This document shows positions 1 to 12,056 of a stretch of DNA of 64,000 nt, piece after piece. The position numbers and the translations under genes were made by a program. The stretch lies in the NCBI RefSeq assembly GCF_006345805.1, contig NC_042998.1:194370001-194434000 (forward strand). The letters are read 5' to 3'. Origin of the DNA: Octopus sinensis (lineage: Eukaryota). How positions within the stretch are numbered: position 1 is the stretch's first letter; every line of letters starts with the position of its first letter. A model generated the notes under the pieces. It searched no databases, had not been told where the DNA came from, and worked only from the letters and a program-made list of their open reading frames with translations.

Positions 1-272
1 TCTTTTGCCGAACCGCTAAGTGACGGGGACATAAACACACCAGCATCGGTTGTCAAGCAATGCTAGGGGGACAAACACAAACATACACACACACATATAT
101 ATACATATATACGACGGGCTTCTTTCAGTTTCCGTCTACCAAATCCACTCACAAGGCTTTGGTCGGCCCGAGGCTATAGTAGAAGACACTTGCCCAAGGT
201 GCCACGCAGTGGGACTGAACCCGGAACCATGTGGTTGGTAAACAAGCTACTTACCACACAGCCACTCCTGCG
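1..272 (-). mobile_element. tRNA-derived SINE, family A (cut by window edge)
   Basis: Reverse complement of the head GGCGCAGGAGTGGCTGTGTGGTAAG...GGTTCAGTCCC plus TTGGGCAAGTGTCTT core; near-identical to copies at 6748, 53336, 61311. Confidence 0.9.
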
Positions 273-2090
273 CTTAATTATTTCCATCCTTTGATCATCC
301 TCTGTATTGAATACCTACATCTTACTGTGTAGCATCACATTTCATGCACAAACATCATACAAGCTACTCTTTGCTCAAAAAAAGAATCTCTTTATCAGCA
401 AAGCTAATATTGATGCTAATAATATTAGCATTAATATCAAAGGTGATATTAATGCTAATAATATGATAGACCACAAAGCCAGAGATTTTGGGGTTGGGTG
501 TAATTGACTGAATCAACTTTAGTATATGACTGGTACTTATTTATCACCTAGGTAACAGAAGCTATCAACTACTTCTAGTTTTTCACCCTAGCATGTGATG
601 GAGAGGGTTTCTGTACATCTTCGGTGTTTATTGCCCCTGTGTATCTATCACACACAAAAACTATCTTCCCGTTTAACCTTCTTTTGATATTGCTACACCT
701 CTTATGTATCCATTGCTTACATCTGGTGCATCTTCTGGAGTTTCTATGTCTTTTCTACAGCTCAAACAGGGCCACCTGAAGGGATTTGTGATTTGTCTGC
801 CTTCTTACTTACCAAGACTTTGGTTTTTGTTAGATTGACTCTAAGGCCCTTCAATTCTAGATCTTGCTTCCACACCTGAAACTTCGTCTCTAGTTCTGGT
901 AGTGACTCAGCTATTAAGGCAAGGTCATCAACATAAAGGAGCTCCCAGGGGCAACCTATCTTGAATTCCTGTGTTATAGCCTGGAGAGCTATGATGAATA
1001 AGAGGGAGATGAGGACTGATCCTTGGTGAACCCATTCTTCTGCCCAGAATTCTTCACTATATTTGTTGCCAACCCTCACCTTACTGACAGTATCTATCCC
1101 TGTACGTGGCTTGTACAGCTCTCACCAACCACTCATCTATTCCGAGTTTCCATATTGACCACCAGATAAAGAATCAGGGGACCCTGTCAAAGGCTCTCTC
1201 CATGTTAACGAAAGCCAAGTATAGATTATCTTTGGTTAGGAATTTCTCCAGCAGCTGTCTTACCAGAAACATAGCATCAGTGGTGCTTCTCCCTTGCACA
1301 AACCCAAACTGCATCTCATCTAAATTAACTCTATAGTTATGTATTTAAGAGATGAAGAATTATGTATATTATTTACTGGACAATACCTCAACTTCAATTC
1401 CTACCATCCATACAGTGTAAAGAAAGGGATTGCTCAGTGCCTAAAACATCATGCAAAGAATATAAGTAGCGATTGTGATACACACCACAAAGAAATGATC
1501 AAGCTCAATAATGATCTGTTAAGCAACAACTACCCCAAAAACATATTATCCACTCCAATTATAAAGAAAAGTGAGGATGAAACCGATAAACTGTCCACAG
1601 TCTGTCTACCCTATGTGGAAGGCCTCTCCAAAAAGATACAAAAGATATGCGGCCCATATGACATCAGGACAGTATTCAAAAGTAAATATCTCCTTCGAAT
1701 AAAACCACCAACAGAAGAGAATATAACCAAAGACTTCATGTACTCCATCCCATGCAGCTGTTGTAGGTTTTACAAAGGCAAAACATGCCGCCCCCTCAAA
1801 ATAAGGATAGAGGAAATCGCAAAGCTGTGGCATGAGGAGATATTGATAAATCGGTTATAGCTGATCATGTAAAGAAAAATGGAGACCACCTTCCCTTGTG
1901 GGATGAAGTTAAAATAATAGACAGAGAACAGCACTGGAAAATACGAAAACTAAAAGAAGCAGCGCATATGTTAGGACACAACAACCTCCTAAGCAGACCG
2001 AGTGCAGACATGAACAGCATATGGGTATTAAGGAAGGATAGGAGAATATTAGATTTATAAGCCCTAACATTCACTCCATAATTGCCCAAG

Positions 2091-2153
2091 GGCATATGGC
2101 GTAGTGGTAAGGAGCGAAGGCTACTAACCCCAAGATTCCGAGTTCGATTCCAA
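2091..2153 (+). promoter_or_regulatory. tRNA-like head with Pol III A and B boxes inside the Penelope element
   Basis: A box TGGCGTAGTGG 2097-2107, anticodon-like loop CTACTAA, B box GTTCGATTCC 2142-2151, followed by (AAT)n. Confidence 0.75.
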
Positions 2154-2241
2154 GCAATAATAATAATAATAATAATAACAATAATATTAATAATATTGAA
2201 AAATACCTTAGGAATGAGAACCTAGGTTCAAAATTTCCCCA

Positions 2242-2289
2242 AGACACCCACCTGATGAAGGCTGGAGGGTATATCAGCCAAAACGTGTT
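2242..2289 (+). ncRNA. Degenerate minimal type I hammerhead ribozyme
   Basis: GACAC..CTGATGA(2252-2258)-A-GGCTG[loop]CAGCC-AAAAC-GT-GTT; helix II GGCTG/CAGCC; GAAA core mutated to AAAA. Confidence 0.65.
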
Positions 2290-2540
2290 AACAACAAACA
2301 AGATGAAGACAAATCTCTGGCAAATGTAAATAATGTAAACTAACTCTCTCCCTAATTAGTTGGGCTATGACCCTCTCTGTGACTTCCATCACCTGATCCA
2401 ACAATTTGATACCTCTGTAATTATTCCTCTTTAATGTGTCACCTTTACCTTTGTAGCAGTTGACTTCATGTATCACCTGGTTGACTATACGGGTGACATG
2501 ATTTAAAGTTGTATACACAATGTATCTCTGGTGATACCAG

Positions 2541-2933
2541 TGAGCTGTGATACCAGTGCTGGTGGCATATAAGAGAACCATCTGAACGTGGCCGTAGCCA
2601 GCGCCGCCCAACTGGCCTCCGTGCCGGTGGTATGTAAAAAGCCCCATCCGACCGTGGCCGTTGCCAGCTTCGTCTGGTCCCCGTGCCGGTGGCACATAAA
2701 AAGCACCATCCGATTGTGGCTGTTTGCCAGCCTCGTCTGGCACCTGTGCGGATGGCACGTAAAAAGCACCCACTACACTCACGGAGTGGTTGGCGTTAGG
2801 AAGGGCATCCAGCTGTAGAAACACTGCCAGATCAGACTGGGCCTGGTGCAGCCTTCTGACTTCCCAGACCCCAGTTGAACCGTCCAACCCATGCCAGCAT
2901 GGAAAGCAGACGTTAAATGATGATGATGATGAT
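2541..2933 (+). mobile_element. RTE-LINE 3' end copy
   Basis: ~60-bp units, GGAGTGGTTGGCGTTAGGAAGGGCATCC core, (GAT)n tail. Confidence 0.85.
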
Positions 2934-3267
2934 AACATTTTTCTTATTTTATTCAGTAAGTTTTCTGGAAGGAGCGATGCCTATGGCTTTTGCAAGCCCT
3001 TTGAGATTAGTAGGATTGATGTTTCGCTTAAACTGTTGCAAATCAATGACATATAGAAGGAGGGGATTCCAAAGGGAATTAAATCTGTTGACTGTTTTGT
3101 TGTCTGTCTTCTCATCATATTTTCCTTTCCTGTTTCAAGATGCTCCTCAGCTGCTGTGGACAAGAACTCTTATTTACAAATACACTCCCAAAAATGCTTA
3201 TGTAAGCAGAACTAGACACACACATACACACACACTCATTGATATTACTTTTATTGGATCTTTCTAG

Positions 3268-3435
3268 ATTGCTGAACGTTGCCTCTACCTTCTGGATGAG
3301 TTAAAGAAGAAGCACACATTGGAACAATCTGTAATTTTACAAACTGAGTTTGAGAGAGCTAATTTTCTATGGAAGCGAGGTGAACAAACTACAGCCAAGA
3401 ATCTGATGAAGACTATCATCATACAGTTAGAGGGA
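3268..3435 (+). CDS. ATM: ATM exon, FAT domain (IAERCLYLLDELKKKHTLEQ...QLEG)
   Basis: tttctag acceptor, gtatgt donor, phase 0-0; aligns to human PERAIFQIKQ...EEAQVFWAKKEQSLAL. Confidence 0.9.
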
Positions 3436-3518
3436 GTATGTCCAGTTTTTTGTTCTCTTCACCCTTTCTGTCATTTGTATGCTGGTTGTTTAGTTATGGT
3501 TTCATATTACTTGCTTGC

Positions 3519-4096
3519 GAAGACCTGTTGGGGCAAGTGAAATCGGAATCGAAATTGAACCAATCCTATGACTGGCACCCGGCAGTTGCCAGGACCGCTG
3601 GACTGACTCCTGTGCAGGTGGCAAGTGAAGAAACGCCATTTCGACCCTGTGCTTGAGGAGATCTATTGAGTCAAGTACACCAACATCAAAATCAATGGAA
3701 ACTGCAGTTGTGATCCCTGTCCCGGTGGCACGTAAAAAGCACCATCCGAACGTGGCCGATGCCAGCGCCGCCTAGACTGGCTTCCATGCCAGTGGTACAT
3801 AAAAAGCACCATCCGAATCGTGGCCGATGCCAGCGCCGCCTTGACTGGCTTCTGTGCCAGTGGCACATAAAATGCACCAATCCAATTGTGGCCATTGCCA
3901 GCCTCGCCTGGCACGTAAAAAGCACCCACTACACTTACAGAGTGGTTGGCGTTAGGAAGGGCATCCAGCTGTAGAAACACTGCCAGATCAGACTGGAGCC
4001 TGATGCAGCCTCCTGGTTTCCCAGATCCCCGGTCAAACTGTCCAACCCATGCTAGCATGGAGAACGGACGTTAAACGATGATGATGATGATGATGA
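3519..4096 (+). mobile_element. RTE-LINE 3' end copy
   Basis: Units, core and (GAT)n tail. Confidence 0.85.
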
Positions 4097-4554
4097 TACA
4101 AATATCTAAACTTGTGTTCAAACCTTACTACAGCTTTTTTTTTTTTGTAACTTTAGACTAATCACAACATTACGTTCCTTATTTTGTACTGCCTTTGAGA
4201 ATCTCCTAACCTCATTTCATGTTGGAATGGGTTTTTCTAGCAGCTCATATGATAAAAGAAATTTCTAAAGCCTAGCAGTAATGAACAAAGAAATGGTAGT
4301 TGAAGTGTTCTTTAGTTTAAAGATGGTAAGTAAGGGACTTCAGTGTAGCCATTGAGGTGCCTCGATGTGGTCATAAAGATTATCAGTGGTCGTTAAGTGG
4401 ATTTGATTGGATTAATAATGGGTTTAATAAAACACTTTGATTAGACCTGTAAGGGATTCCAGTGAGATCTGTAAGGTACCTAGATATAAAAATATTTATT
4501 CTGTCTGTTCATACTGGCAAATATCCAAACTTATAAAATCTACTCCAGACATAC

Positions 4555-5010
4555 ATCATCATCATCATCATCATCGTTTAACGTCCGCTTTCCATGCTAG
4601 CATGGGTTGGACGATTCAACTGGGGTCTGGGAAGCCCAAAGGTTGCACCAGGCCAGTCAGATCTGGCAGAGTTTCTACCGCTGGATGCCCTTCCTAACGC
4701 CAACCACTCCGTGAGTGTAGTGGGTGCTTTTTATGTGCCACCGACACAGGTGCCAGACGAAGCTGGCGAACGGCCATGCTCGGATGGTGTTTTTTACGTG
4801 CCACCGGCATGGAGGCCAGGTGAGGCTGGCACGGCCACAATCGGATGGTGTTTGTTACGTGCCACCAGCACGGAGGCCAGTCGATGCAGTGCTGGCTACG
4901 GCCACGTTCGGATGGTTCTCTTATGTGCCACCGGCACTGGTACCACAAACTACAAATTCCATTGATGTGGATCGATTTCGATTTTGATTTTCACTTGCCT
5001 CAACAGGTCT
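4555..5010 (-). mobile_element. RTE-LINE 3' end copy
   Basis: (CAT)n then CGTTTAACGTCCGC, core and units in reverse. Confidence 0.85.
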
Positions 5011-5589
5011 TCACGACTGTAAATGAAAAACTTGTACCATCAAGGATACAGAAGTTTGTAAATGTAGTGGATTGTATTAAAAATTGGTAATGAGTATTTT
5101 TTAAGAAAGCTTAGGACTAAATAAACTGGTAATTTTTTTCCAAGTCCATTCTGAATTGGAGTTAGGAACTGGTCATAGGACTAATGTTAGTGGTCCAAGT
5201 CCACAAAGAAATTGTAACACAATACTGCAAACTAAAGAAGCACTCACCAATTTTATTATGCTGCCACCACTTACAGTGATAAACAACTGTCATTGTACCT
5301 CTTAGGTGTTTTACTGGAATGAATGGTTTTCTCAGTTTTATGGTTCGACCATTGTGTGGTGCCTAATTATGGCACCTTCTAGCGAGACCAGGCCATTGAG
5401 AATTGAGTATCTTAGCCATTGATACACTGAAAAGTTACTTACTAGATTCAAACTACTGGTCTCTCAGCTGTTTGTCAGTTCAATGTATTTAGAAAAAGAA
5501 ATACAATGAAATAGAGATGCCTATTTAACTATGCTGTTGGCTGATACAAGTCTCAAATCGGGTATCAGAAAAGATAAGTAATTAAGCTA

Positions 5590-6072
5590 AATAATAATAA
5601 TAATAATATAATAATAATAATAATATTAATAATAATAATGAAATTATTGTATACAGTGTGTCAAAAGTGTGTATAAAGCAAATGCAGTAGTGTACAAATG
5701 TCTGGGAAGTGAACAGTGTATGAGTCAGATACATGCTTGCGTGTGTATGGAGGGGAGAAAATCAGGTGTAGTGTTGGCGAATCTCAGGAAGCATGGAAGT
5801 TTTGAAGGATGCAGTGCTCCAACAACTAACAACTGATGCCAGCAGTTTGTTCCATGCTTCAGCAACTCTTAGTGTGAAAAAATGTTTCCGAAAGTCATGG
5901 GAGCTGTGCTGTTTTCTGACTTTGTAAACATGTCCACGGGTGTTAGACAGGTGGAGTTTGAAAAGGTGCTCAGAGTTATTGTTTGTAAGATGGTTTATAA
6001 TTTTATGGGTGTCTGCCAAGTCAGCTGCCAGACGTCGGAGTTTCAATGTATCCATGCTCAGGGAAGTAAGGC
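5590..6072 (-). mobile_element. CR1-clade LINE 3' fragment
   Basis: LKLRRLAADL...NTRGHVYKVRKQHSSHDFRKHFFTLRVAEAWNKL, with (ATT)n tail. Confidence 0.85.
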
Positions 6073-6573
6073 GTTCTGAATATATATTTAAATATATAAC
6101 ATTATATATTTAGTGCTGAGGAAAAAAAACTTCTTTGGGGATTTTATCATGTTAACCCTAAATATAATTTAGGACTTTATTCCACAAGAGATTTCATGCT
6201 TTTAACCCAAACAATATCCTACAAAAGTTAGAGAAAAAAACTCAAGGATTCAAAATGCCTGTAAGTTTTTTTGTTAAAATATGTTGTTTTTTTAAATTTT
6301 GCTGGTTTCATTTATTAGGTTGTTGCTATTTTGGGGTACTATCTTCAATGACTTTAGTTGATTATATCAGTCCTAAAACTTTGGTTCTTTTGTTATTGAT
6401 TTCAGTGGGAGAATGAAAGTCAAAGTTGATGTAAAAGGATGTAATAAGAGGCAGTACCGTACAGTAATTTTGTTTGATGCACCAATATGAAGCCATTCTA
6501 CTCTGTAGTATGTTTTTATGACCACTTGAACAGTTTATTACTTTTTTTTTTTTTTGTTTCTTTCTTCCATTAG

Positions 6574-6702
6574 GATGCCATTGGAGAGGTATGTAGTGAA
6601 ATTGCTCAACTTTATCCATCAGCACTGAATACCTATGGCAATTGGTTGGCTGAGACACGATCAGAGAATCCAAAAGATATTATGCAGTTTTATCTTGCTA
6701 AG
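6574..6702 (+). CDS. ATM: ATM exon, FAT (DAIGEVCSEIAQLYPSALNTYGNWLAETRSENPKDIMQFYLAK)
   Basis: Polypyrimidine-tag acceptor, gtaaga donor; matches human [23 protein letters not shown]. Confidence 0.95.
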
Positions 6703-6747
6703 GTAAGAACATCAAAATTAACTTCCTATACTTATATCAATTATATC

Positions 6748-6921
6748 AGGCGCAGGAGTGGCTGTGTGGTAAGTAGCTTGCTAACGAACTACATGGTTCC
6801 GGGTTCAGTCCCACTGCGTGGCATCTTGGGCAAGTGTCTTCTGCTATAGCCCCGGGCCGACCAATGCCTTGTGAGTGGATTTGGTAGACGGAAACTGAAA
6901 GAAGCCTGTCGTATATATGTG

Positions 6922-6952
<31 letters not shown>

Positions 6953-7150
6953 GTTTGTGTGTCTGTGTTTGTCCCCCTAGCATTGCTTGACAACCGACGC
7001 TGATGTGTAGACGGCTCAGTAAAAGAGACCGATAGAATAAGTACTGGGCTTACAAAGAATAAGTCCCGGGGTTGATTTGCTCGACTAAAGGCGGTGCTCC
7101 AGCATGGCCACAGTCAAATGACTGAAACAAGTAAAAGAGTAAAAGAGTAT
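6748..7150 (+). mobile_element. tRNA-derived SINE family A, full length
   Basis: Head AGGCGCAGGAGTGGCTGTGTGG, internal (TA)/(TG) tract, GAGTAAAA-repeat tail. Confidence 0.9.
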
Positions 7151-7396
7151 ATCAATTCCCATGAATTGTCTTTGTATCATCAGTGTCTCATACCCTGTGC
7201 CCTCTCCGCTCCATTAAAATGCCAACTGGCACTATTAAAGTTTCCTTTACAATATCAACCTGCATCATTAAATTGTCTATTAGCACTGTCAAGTTACCAC
7301 CGACCTAACCCCTGAGTGCCTTCAGTAGAGTCCACTCTGATGATGCAAGCATTTGTCTCCAATCTGAGGATAACTACCTCATATTTTCCAAAAGCC

Positions 7397-7691
7397 TTCA
7401 TCATCATCATCGTTTAACGTCCGTTTTCCGTGCTAGCATGGGTTGGACGGTTCGACCGGGGTCTGGGAAGCCAGGAGGCTGCACCAGGCTCCAGTCTTAT
7501 CTGGCAATGTTTTTTACAGCTGGATGCCCTTCTTAACGCCAACCACTCTGTGAGTGTAGTGGGTGCTTTTTACGTGTCACCGGCACAGGTGCTAGGTGAG
7601 TCTGGCAGCGGCCATGATCGGTTGGTGCTTTTAACGTGCCACCGGCACGGAAGCCAGTCGAGGCAGCGCTGCCATCGGCCACGTTCGGATG
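7397..7691 (-). mobile_element. RTE-LINE 3' end copy
   Basis: (CAT)n tail, core, units. Confidence 0.85.
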
Positions 7692-7851
7692 AAAAGCATA
7701 ATGAGTGCTGCTTTTCTTCATGTGACAAGCCTTTTAAAAAAAAAACTGTATGTGGCACAATTCAAGCATTGGACAATTAAGTTTGAGACTACGCTGCAAA
7801 TAGTATTCACACTTCATTCTTCATTGAAAGAGATGTTGCATTAATCAGAGG

Positions 7852-8338
7852 CAAGTGAAATCAAAATCAAACTCTGTGGCATCCGTTGCTAGTAGAGCGC
7901 TAAGATTACCATACGAGTGAGATTGTTGCCAGAGCAACAAGCTGGCCTTCATGCCAATGGCACATTAAGAACACCATTCGAGCGTGACTGTTACTGCATC
8001 GCCTTACTAGCACTTGTGCTGGTGGCATGTGAAACATTCGAGCGAGGACGTCACCAGTGCCACTGGACTGGCTCCTGTGCAGGTGGCACGTAAAAAGCAC
8101 CATTTGGGCGTGGCCGTTGCCAGTACCACCAAACTGGCCCTCGTGCCGGTGACACGTAAAAGCACCCACTACACTCATGGAGTGGTTGGCGTTAGGAAGG
8201 GCATCCAGCTGTAGAAACTCTGCCAGATCAGATTGGAGCCTGGTGCAGCCATCTGGTTTGCCAGTCCTCAATCAAATCGTTCAACCCATGCTAGCATGGA
8301 AAGCGGACATTAAACGATGATGATGGTGATGATGATGA
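7852..8338 (+). mobile_element. RTE-LINE 3' end copy
   Basis: Units, core, (GAT)n tail. Confidence 0.85.
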
Positions 8339-8455
8339 TTCTTCGTTGAAAGAGATGTTGCATTAATCAGAACGTGTTTTTTTTTACCTCTTGTTTTCTG
8401 TCTGTGTTGCTGTTATGGTTTTCCTAATGTATGTCCTTTATTGTTCAACTCGTAG

Positions 8456-8658
8456 GCTGTCTCAAAGCTGCAAGGTACAGAACCTAACAAAAGCAATGTT
8501 GCTATAGAAGCACATGCCTCTCTAGCAAACTATGCACACCAACAATACCGCAATATTAGAAGTTACATGAACTCCAGGGATTTTGGAGTGAAGAAGGACT
8601 TGATGAAGGATGCACAGAGAGATGTACGGGAACTGTGTAGCCTGGAAGGTAATGTGAA
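8456..8658 (+). CDS. ATM: ATM exon, FAT (AVSKLQGTEP...AHASLANYAHQQYRNIRSYMNSRDF...LEGNV)
   Basis: cgtag acceptor; donor GTAAGT at 8659 gives phase 2 matching the next exon; aligns to human [25 protein letters not shown]. Confidence 0.92.
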
Positions 8659-8931
8659 GTAAGTAGACTATACTAGCATTACTGTCATAGTCATTATAAT
8701 TGTTATCAAACTGTTATCATTATCATATCTTATCATCATCATCATCATCATCATCATAGAAATAAAGAAATAGAGAACTACAATTATGATTGATACAGTC
8801 ATAAGAACAAAATGGAAGGTAAGTAGTGTATATAAAAAAAAATAATATTTTCATTTCATTTCATCTAGTTTCAGCTCACGAGCTGTGGCCATGCTGGGGC
8901 ACCACCATTCGGTGTTGCTACATGATTTTGT

Positions 8932-9404
8932 GCAATGGCACAGTGGTTAGGGCAGCAGACTCACGGTCGTAAGATCACGGTTTTGATACCCAGACCGGGC
9001 GTTGTGAGTGTTTCATCATCATCATCATCATCGTTTAACGTCCGTACTCCATGCTAGCATGGGTTGGACGGTTCGACCGGGGATCTGGGAAGCCAGAAGG
9101 CTGCACCAGGCTCCAGTCTTATCTGGCAGTGTTTCTACAGCTGGATGCCCTTCCTAACGCCAACCACTCCGCGAGTGTAGTGGGTGCTTTTTACGTGCCA
9201 TTGAGCAAAAATACCTAAAAGCTCCACAAGGCTCTGGCATGGGGTGGTGGCGATCCCTGCTGTACTCTTTCGCCACAACTTTCTCTCATTCTTTCTTCTG
9301 TAGGCCTGCTCGCTTAGCCAGCGGGGTGGCATCATTTGAAGGCTAAAACAATGCGAAGCGCATTATGACCAGTGATGTGTAGCAACATCTGATAGCCTGG
9401 TCGT
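8932..9404 (+). mobile_element. tRNA-derived SINE family C, split by an RTE 3' end at 9014-9199
   Basis: Head GCAATGGCACAGTGGTTAGGGCAGC matches the minus copy at 27728-28107; body resumes at 9200 (gtgttt|attgag). Confidence 0.8.
9014..9199 (-). mobile_element. Short RTE-LINE 3' end copy nested in SINE C
   Basis: (CAT)n tail and core. Confidence 0.85.
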
Positions 9405-9837
9405 AAAAAATAATATAAGAAATAAAAAACTAAAAGCAACATTAAATTCAAAAGTAAAACAATATTGACCCATAACAGCAGACTGGGATGATAAGACATA
9501 TATACACACTAGAGGCATGTAATTGCCTTTCCAATCACCATTTACAATATTCCAGATTTACAATAGTCCTGGCAAAGGAACTGCCGTTTAGCTAAACAGA
9601 ATATGTCAGATTGAGGCTGCACCCTACGACCACAATGACCATTCATATTCATAAGCATAAGGTCATAAGCATTAGCAAAGATGTTTGAAGGTGGTTTAGC
9701 ATATAACTGCAGGAGTGTGCAGGCAGGGTGCATCTTATTGCAATAATAAACGTTTTTATGTGATCTTTCTTATGTTGCTTTAGTTACTGGTTAATGTGGA
9801 GTATTTATATTTCTATTTCATTATTTTGTTAACATGT

Positions 9838-11640
9838 CATCATCATCATCATCATCAGCGTCATTTAACATCCACTCTCCATGCTGGCATAGGTTGGGTG
9901 GTTTGACTGAGGACTGGCAAGCCAGGCGGCTGCACTAGGATCCAATCTAATCTGGCAAATTTTTCTTCAGCTGGATGCCCTTCCTAACACCAACCACTCC
10001 GAGAGTGTAGTGGGTGTTTTTTTACGTTCCACCAGCATGGGAGCCAGTCAGGTGGCACTGGCATTGACCATGCTCAAATGGTGCTTTTTACGTGCCACCA
10101 GCACAGGTGCCAGTCAGGTGACACTGGCATCGGTCATACTTGAATGGTGCATTTTATGTGCCACCAGCAAAGGTGCCAGTCAGGCGACACTGGTATTGGC
10201 CACGCTCAAATGGTGCTTTTTACATGTCACCGGCATGGGAGCCAGTCAGGCAGCACTGGCATCAGCCATGACTATGATTTCACTTGACTCAACAGGTCTT
10301 CTCGAGCACAGCATATTGCCCAATGATTGAAGGGTACTCTTAAATGGGATAGTTATGTGACACTGGCATTGGCCATGGCTACGATCTCACTTGGCTTGCC
10401 GGGTCTTCTCAAGCACAGCATATCTCCAAAGTTCTCAGTCGCTTGTCATTGTCTCTGTGAGACTCAACAGTCGCAAGTCATGTTTCACCACCTCATCTCA
10501 TGTCTTCCTGGGTCTACCACTTCCACACGTACCCTCCATTGTTAGGGTGTGACACTTCTTCACAGAGATGTCCTCATGCATACACAATACATGACCATAC
10601 AAGTGCAGTCGTCTCTCATGTACACCACATCTGATGCTTCTTATGCCCAAGTTTTCTCTCAGGGCACTTACACTCTGTCGTGTATACACACTGACATTAA
10701 ACATCCAGCGGAGCACACTAGCTTTATTTCTTTCGAGCCTACACATATCCTCAGCAGTCACATCCCATGTTTCACTGTTGTGTAGCATATATGTTCACAC
10801 ACAGGCATCATACAGTTTACCTTTCACTCTGAGTGAGAGGCCCTTTGTTACCACTAGAAGTAGGAGCTCTCTGAACTTTGCCCAGGCTATTCTTATTGTA
10901 GCAGATACACTCTCAGAGCATCCACTCCTGTTACTGAGTTGGTCACCTAGGTAACGGAAGCTATCAACTACTTCTAGTTTTTTCCCCTGGCATGTGATGG
11001 AGATGGTTTCTGTACATCTTTAGTATTTATTGCCCCTGTACGCCTATCACACACAAAAACTATCTTCTTGGTTAACCTTCTTTTGATATTGCTGCACCTC
11101 TTGTGTCCATTGCTTACACCTGCTACATCTTCTGGAGTTTCTACCTTTGCCTTTTCTACAGATCAAGCAGCGCCACCTACCTGAAGGGATTTGTAATTTG
11201 TCTTCCTTTCTACTTACTAAGACTTTGGTTTTTGCTAGATTGACCCTAAGGCCCTTCGATTCTAGACCTTGCTTTCACACCTGAAACTTTGTCTCTTGTT
11301 CTGGTAGTGACTCAGCAATTAGAGCAAGGTCATCAGCATAAAGGTGCTCCCAAGGGCAGCTTGTCTTGAATTCCTGTTATTGCCTGGAGGACTATGATGA
11401 ATAAGAGCGGACTGAGGACTGATCCTTGGTGAACCCCTACTTCTACCTGGCATTCTTCACTAGTTGCCAAACCTCACCTTACTGACAGCATCCCTGTACA
11501 TGGCTTGTTCAGCTCTCACCTCCCTAGTTTCCACAATGACCACCAGATAAGGGATCGGTGTACTCTGTTAAAGTCTTTCTCCATGTCAATGAAAGCCAAG
11601 TACAGAGGTTTATCTTTGTCTAGAAATTTCTCCTGCAGCT
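9838..11640 (-). mobile_element. 5'-truncated RTE LINE: decayed ORF C-terminus continuous with the unit-array 3' UTR and tail
   Basis: QEKFLDKDKPLYLAFIDMEK, LHNSETWDVTAEDMCRLERN...GRPRKT, YAVLEKTRQAK*, then ~60-bp units, core, (GAT)n. Confidence 0.9.
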
Positions 11641-11997
11641 ATCACTATCATCATCATCATCATCTTCATTGTTCAACGTCTGTTTTCCATGCTGGCATGG
11701 GTTGGACAGTTTGACTGAGGCCTGGCAAGCCAATAGGCTGCACCAGGCTCCAATCTGATCTGATAATGTTTCTACTGTTAGATGCCCTTCTTGATGCCAA
11801 CAACTCTGAGAGTGTAGTGGGTGCTCTTTATGTGCCACCGGCACAGGACCCAGTCAGAGGGCACTGACATTGACCATGTTCGGATGGGGCTTTTTACATG
11901 CCACCAGCACAGGAACCACTCATGGCACTGGCATTGACCTCGTTTGGACGGTGCTCTTTACATGCCACTGGCACGGGAGCCAGTCAGAGGGCACTAT
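11641..11997 (-). mobile_element. RTE-LINE 3' end copy (older)
   Basis: (CAT)n, diverged core and units. Confidence 0.8.
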
Positions 11998-12056
11998 AGC
12001 GACTTTCCTGGTAAGAAAATATAGCTACATAAATATGTCTACTTTGTAATTTGCAG

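Larger units (their letters stand above)
1333..2340 (+). mobile_element. 5'-truncated Penelope-like element (GIY-YIG endonuclease end plus terminal region)
   Basis: LPYVEGLSKKIQKIC...YSIPCSCCRFYKGKTCRPLKIRIEE then DHLPLWDEVKIIDREQHWKIRKLKEAAHM (frameshifted); flanked by 7-bp TSD TAACTCT at 1326-1332 and 2341-2347. Confidence 0.9.
544..2500 (-). mobile_element. RTE-clade LINE fragment (RT domain), interrupted by a Penelope insertion at 1333-2340
   Basis: Minus-strand peptides VHQGSVL...WELLYVDDLALIAES and NNYRGIKLLDQVMEVTERVIAQLIRERV; the frame resumes across the insertion (ERV/NLDEMQFGF); paralogous to 10940-11600. Confidence 0.9.

Noticed and set aside
7337-7365. CTGATGA, possible hammerhead
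   Set aside because: No helix II or GAAA; the same applies to CTGATGA at ~43944.
8649-8654. Upstream donor GTAATG for ATM exon 8456
   Set aside because: Gives phase 1 and breaks the frame with exon 12057; the GTAAGT at 8659 fits.
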